The notes below the pieces were generated by a model. That model saw nothing but the letters and a program-made list of their open reading frames with translations, had not been told where the DNA came from and did no database searches. DNA of 64,000 nt from Ranitomeya imitator (lineage: Eukaryota), in contig NC_091283.1 of the NCBI RefSeq assembly GCF_032444005.1, forward strand, positions 23,870,001-23,934,000, written 5' to 3'. Position numbers and translations under genes: made by a program. Shown here piece after piece: positions 61,121 to 64,000 of this stretch (positions are counted from its first letter, which is position 1; each line of letters opens with the position of its first letter).

Positions 61121-61324
61121 GTAAAGGCTCCTGTGGCTCTCGCTTTTCTCATGTACTCGCCCAGGCACCTGATATTGATGGCTTCTCATCGCCTGAGCCG
61201 TGTAGTTCAGCTCCATTCACTGGTCACAGCTGATCTGTGCAGGTGCCGGGTGTCCGACCCTAACTGACCAAATATTGGTGACCTATCATATTGATAATCG
61301 TATATGCCTGGACAACCACTTTAA

Positions 61325-61735
61325 GGGGAATCGTCACCAGGTTTATGCCATCTAATCTGAGAGTAGTATGATGTACAGATAGATATCCTGATTCCAGTTA
61401 TGTGTCACTTACTGGGCTGCTTACAGACGTTTTATCAACAGTAGTTTATCACTAGATGACCAGCAAACCAGCTGCCATGTGCTCCTCCATATTCATGAGC
61501 TCTGCATAACCCCGCCCCACTAGTGATTGGCTGCTTTCTGCCTATGCACAGTGCACACCGCAAGCTGCCAATCAGTGGTGTGGGCGTCGTTATACAGGGC
61601 TCGGCATTCAGAGAACTGCTAGATCTGCAGCAGAGAAAACCGCAGAAAACAGCCCAGTAAATGATACATTGCTGGAATCTGGAATCAAGGTCTCTGCCCC
61701 TACATCGTGCAGCAGTCAGTGGTGATGGATTCCTT
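61325..61735. mobile_element. T2-type TTAA MITE
   Basis: ttaa|GGGGAATCGTCACC ... GGTGATGGATTCCTT|ttaa. Confidence 0.75.
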
Positions 61736-61739
61736 TTAA

Positions 61740-61898
61740 GGCCTTGTTCTCACGATGGTGTTCGTGCTCTCCATGTGCACAGCGCACTCACCCATAAGTT
61801 AATGTGGCAACGCACACAGGAGACCGGTCCACGAAATGGACGTTTTGACACCTGAAAATAGGATGGAAAAAATGGACACGGGCGCGTAAATAAGGCCT
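61740..61898. mobile_element. Small TTAA MITE sharing the TTAA of the previous element
   Basis: ttaaGGCCTTGTT ... AATAAGGCCT. Confidence 0.5.
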
Positions 61899-62003
61899 GA
61901 TAGGTTTCCCTGTCATACTTGTGTCGCCCGGGCGATGTATGAATTACACCTCACACCCATGACTGTGGGGGGCTCCCTGACTTTCCCCCATTTCTTCCCG
62001 CAG

Positions 62004-62073
62004 TTCTTGCTCCTCCTCTACCTCCTCACATATGTTGGCGCTGTGGTTAATGGACTGACCCTGCTGCTCCTTG
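62004..62073 (+). CDS. rtn2: RTN2 RHD exon 3: FLLLLYLLTYVGAVVNGLTLLLL
   Basis: cccgcag|TTC ... TTG|gtaag. Canonical 70 nt. Confidence 0.95.
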
Positions 62074-62251
62074 GTAAGACCCCGACCGCTCACCTGCGGT
62101 GTCCCCTCCTGTGCACAGTGAGGTACTGGGGTATGAAGAGAGGGGGCTGCGTACAGGGTGTGCACCTCCTGTTGTATACAGTACAGGTATAATTGGGTGC
62201 AAGGTCCCCACGTGCTGTGTTGTCTTATTCATTCTCTTTTCTCTGTTCCAG

Positions 62252-62298
62252 TGGTGATTGGGGTCTTCACATTTCCAGTCATGTACAAGCACAACCAG
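62252..62298 (+). CDS. rtn2: RTN2 RHD exon 4: VVIGVFTFPVMYKHNQ; the remaining exons lie beyond the window
   Basis: ctgttccag|TG ... CAG|gtgagt. Canonical 47 nt. Confidence 0.93.
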
Positions 62299-62329
62299 GT
62301 GAGTACGGACATCAAATACCTGTAGATAT

Positions 62330-64000
62330 CATGGGACGTATAGACACGGGTACATAGTGATATAGTGGGACGTATAGACACGGGTACACAGAGATATAGT
62401 GGGACATATAGACACAGGTTCATCGCAATATAGTGGGATGTATAGACATGGGTACACAGATATAGCAGGACATATAGACACAGGTACATAGAGATATAGT
62501 GGGGCATATAGACACAGGTACATAGAGATATAGTGGGGCATATAGACACAGGTACATAGAGATATAGTGGGGCATATAGACACAGGTACATAGACATATA
62601 GCGGGACGTATAGACACGGGTACATAGTGATATAGTGGGACGTATAGACACGGGTACATAGTGATATAGTGGGACATATAGACACAGGTTCATAACAATA
62701 TAGTGGGATGTATAGACATGGGTACACAGATATAGCGGGACATATAGACACAGGTACATAGTGATATAGCGGGACATATAGACACGGGTACATAGAGATA
62801 TAGTGGGACATATAGACACGGGTACATAGAGATATAGTGGGACATATAGACACGGGTACATAGAGATATAGTGGGACATATAGACACGGGTACATAGAGA
62901 TATAGTGGGACATATAGACACGGGTACATAGAGATATAGTGGGACATATAGACACGGGTACATAGAGATATAGTGGGACATATAGACACAGGTACATAGA
63001 GATATAGTGGGACATATAGACACGGGTACATAGAGATATAGTGGGACATATAGACACAGGTACATAGCAATATAGTGGGATGGATAGACACGGGTACACA
63101 GATATAGCGGGACATAGACACAGGTACATAGAGATATAGTGGGGCATATAGACACAGGTACGTAGACATATAGTGGGACGTATAGACACAGGTACATAGT
63201 GATATAGTGGGACATATAGACACAGGTACATAGACATATAGCGGGATGTATAGACACGAAAAACCAAAAGATAGTCAGCTAACCTGAATATCGGCTATTC
63301 CACACCTGTTCCTGCACGGAAAAGTTGAGCACTCAGTATATAGTGATATAGCGGGACATATAGAAAGGGGTACATAGAGGTATAGTGGGACGTATAGACA
63401 CAGGTATGTAGAGATATAGTGTGACATATAGACACGGGTACACAGAGATATAGTGGGACGTATAGACACGAAAAACCAAAAGATAGTCAGCTCACCTGAA
63501 TATCGGCTATTCCACACCTGTTCCTGCACGGAAAAGTTGAGCACTCAGTCCACAGAAAAATCGATGAATCCAGCAGGAATGTAGTAAAATCACTAAATTT
63601 ATTTCTTCATTTTTTTTTTTTTTTAAAAGGAAAGGGTTGTATCCTATGGTACACCACTTGTAAATAAGTATAATTTCTTACAGCATTATGCACACATGGC
63701 AGCGTTCTACCGACGCATTTCGACTAACGTCTTAATCACCATGATTTAAAAAAAAATGAAGAAATAAATGTAGTGATTTTACTACATTCCTGCTGGATTC
63801 ATCGATTTTTCTGTGGACTTATAGACCCGGGTACAGAGAGATATAGCGGGACGTATAGATACGGGTACATAGAGATATATGGGACATATAGACATGGGTA
63901 CATAGAGATATAGCGGGACATATAGACACGGGTACATAGAGATATACCGGGACGTATATACACGGGTACATAGAGATATAGTGAGACGTATATACACGGG
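62330..64000. repeat. 34-bp minisatellite (acatatagacacgggtacatagagatatagtggg), interrupted by a palindromic insertion
   Basis: Visible tandem units to the window end. Confidence 0.93.
63548..63818. mobile_element. Palindromic insertion with a decayed hammerhead-like motif (Penelope-like remnant)
   Basis: Inverted arms of about 75 bp (63548-63625 / 63745-63818). The minus strand of the spacer reads gTGATTAAG-AC(gtta)GTC-GAAA-tgc-GTC. An ~80-bp flank is duplicated at about 63257 and 63468. Confidence 0.5.

Overview
Eukaryotic, intron-rich vertebrate DNA, most likely an anuran (frog). This is inferred from the T2/TTAA-type MITEs, the minisatellite families and the gene sequences; it is not prokaryotic, so the long six-frame ORFs are almost all minisatellite artefacts. 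Four spliced genes were reconstructed by hand from GT-AG boundaries and reading-frame phase. (1) OPA3 terminal coding exon (+, 4977-5287). (2) A complete 12-exon VASP (-, 28784 to 6793, about 383 aa). (3) An unexpected, compact and highly divergent SLC3A2/4F2hc-like type II membrane protein gene (-, 37418 to 29626, 8 exons, about 348 aa), lying where mammals have PPM1N. (4) RTN2 (+, from 47231, running off the window end). More than half of the window is intronic or intergenic minisatellite, about 18 different arrays. Mobile elements include a canonical Helitron, a solo LTR, a hAT MITE, a Tc1 fragment, an L2 LINE fragment and TTAA MITEs. Two Penelope-like palindromic structures carry minimal hammerhead-ribozyme motifs; one includes a 599-bp inverted repeat. 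The most interesting candidate is the SLC3-like gene: possibly a third SLC3 heavy-chain ohnologue, lacking the neck cysteine and carrying an ExxxLL motif. All exon coordinates, alignments and human comparisons were done by eye or from recall; no database searches were run.
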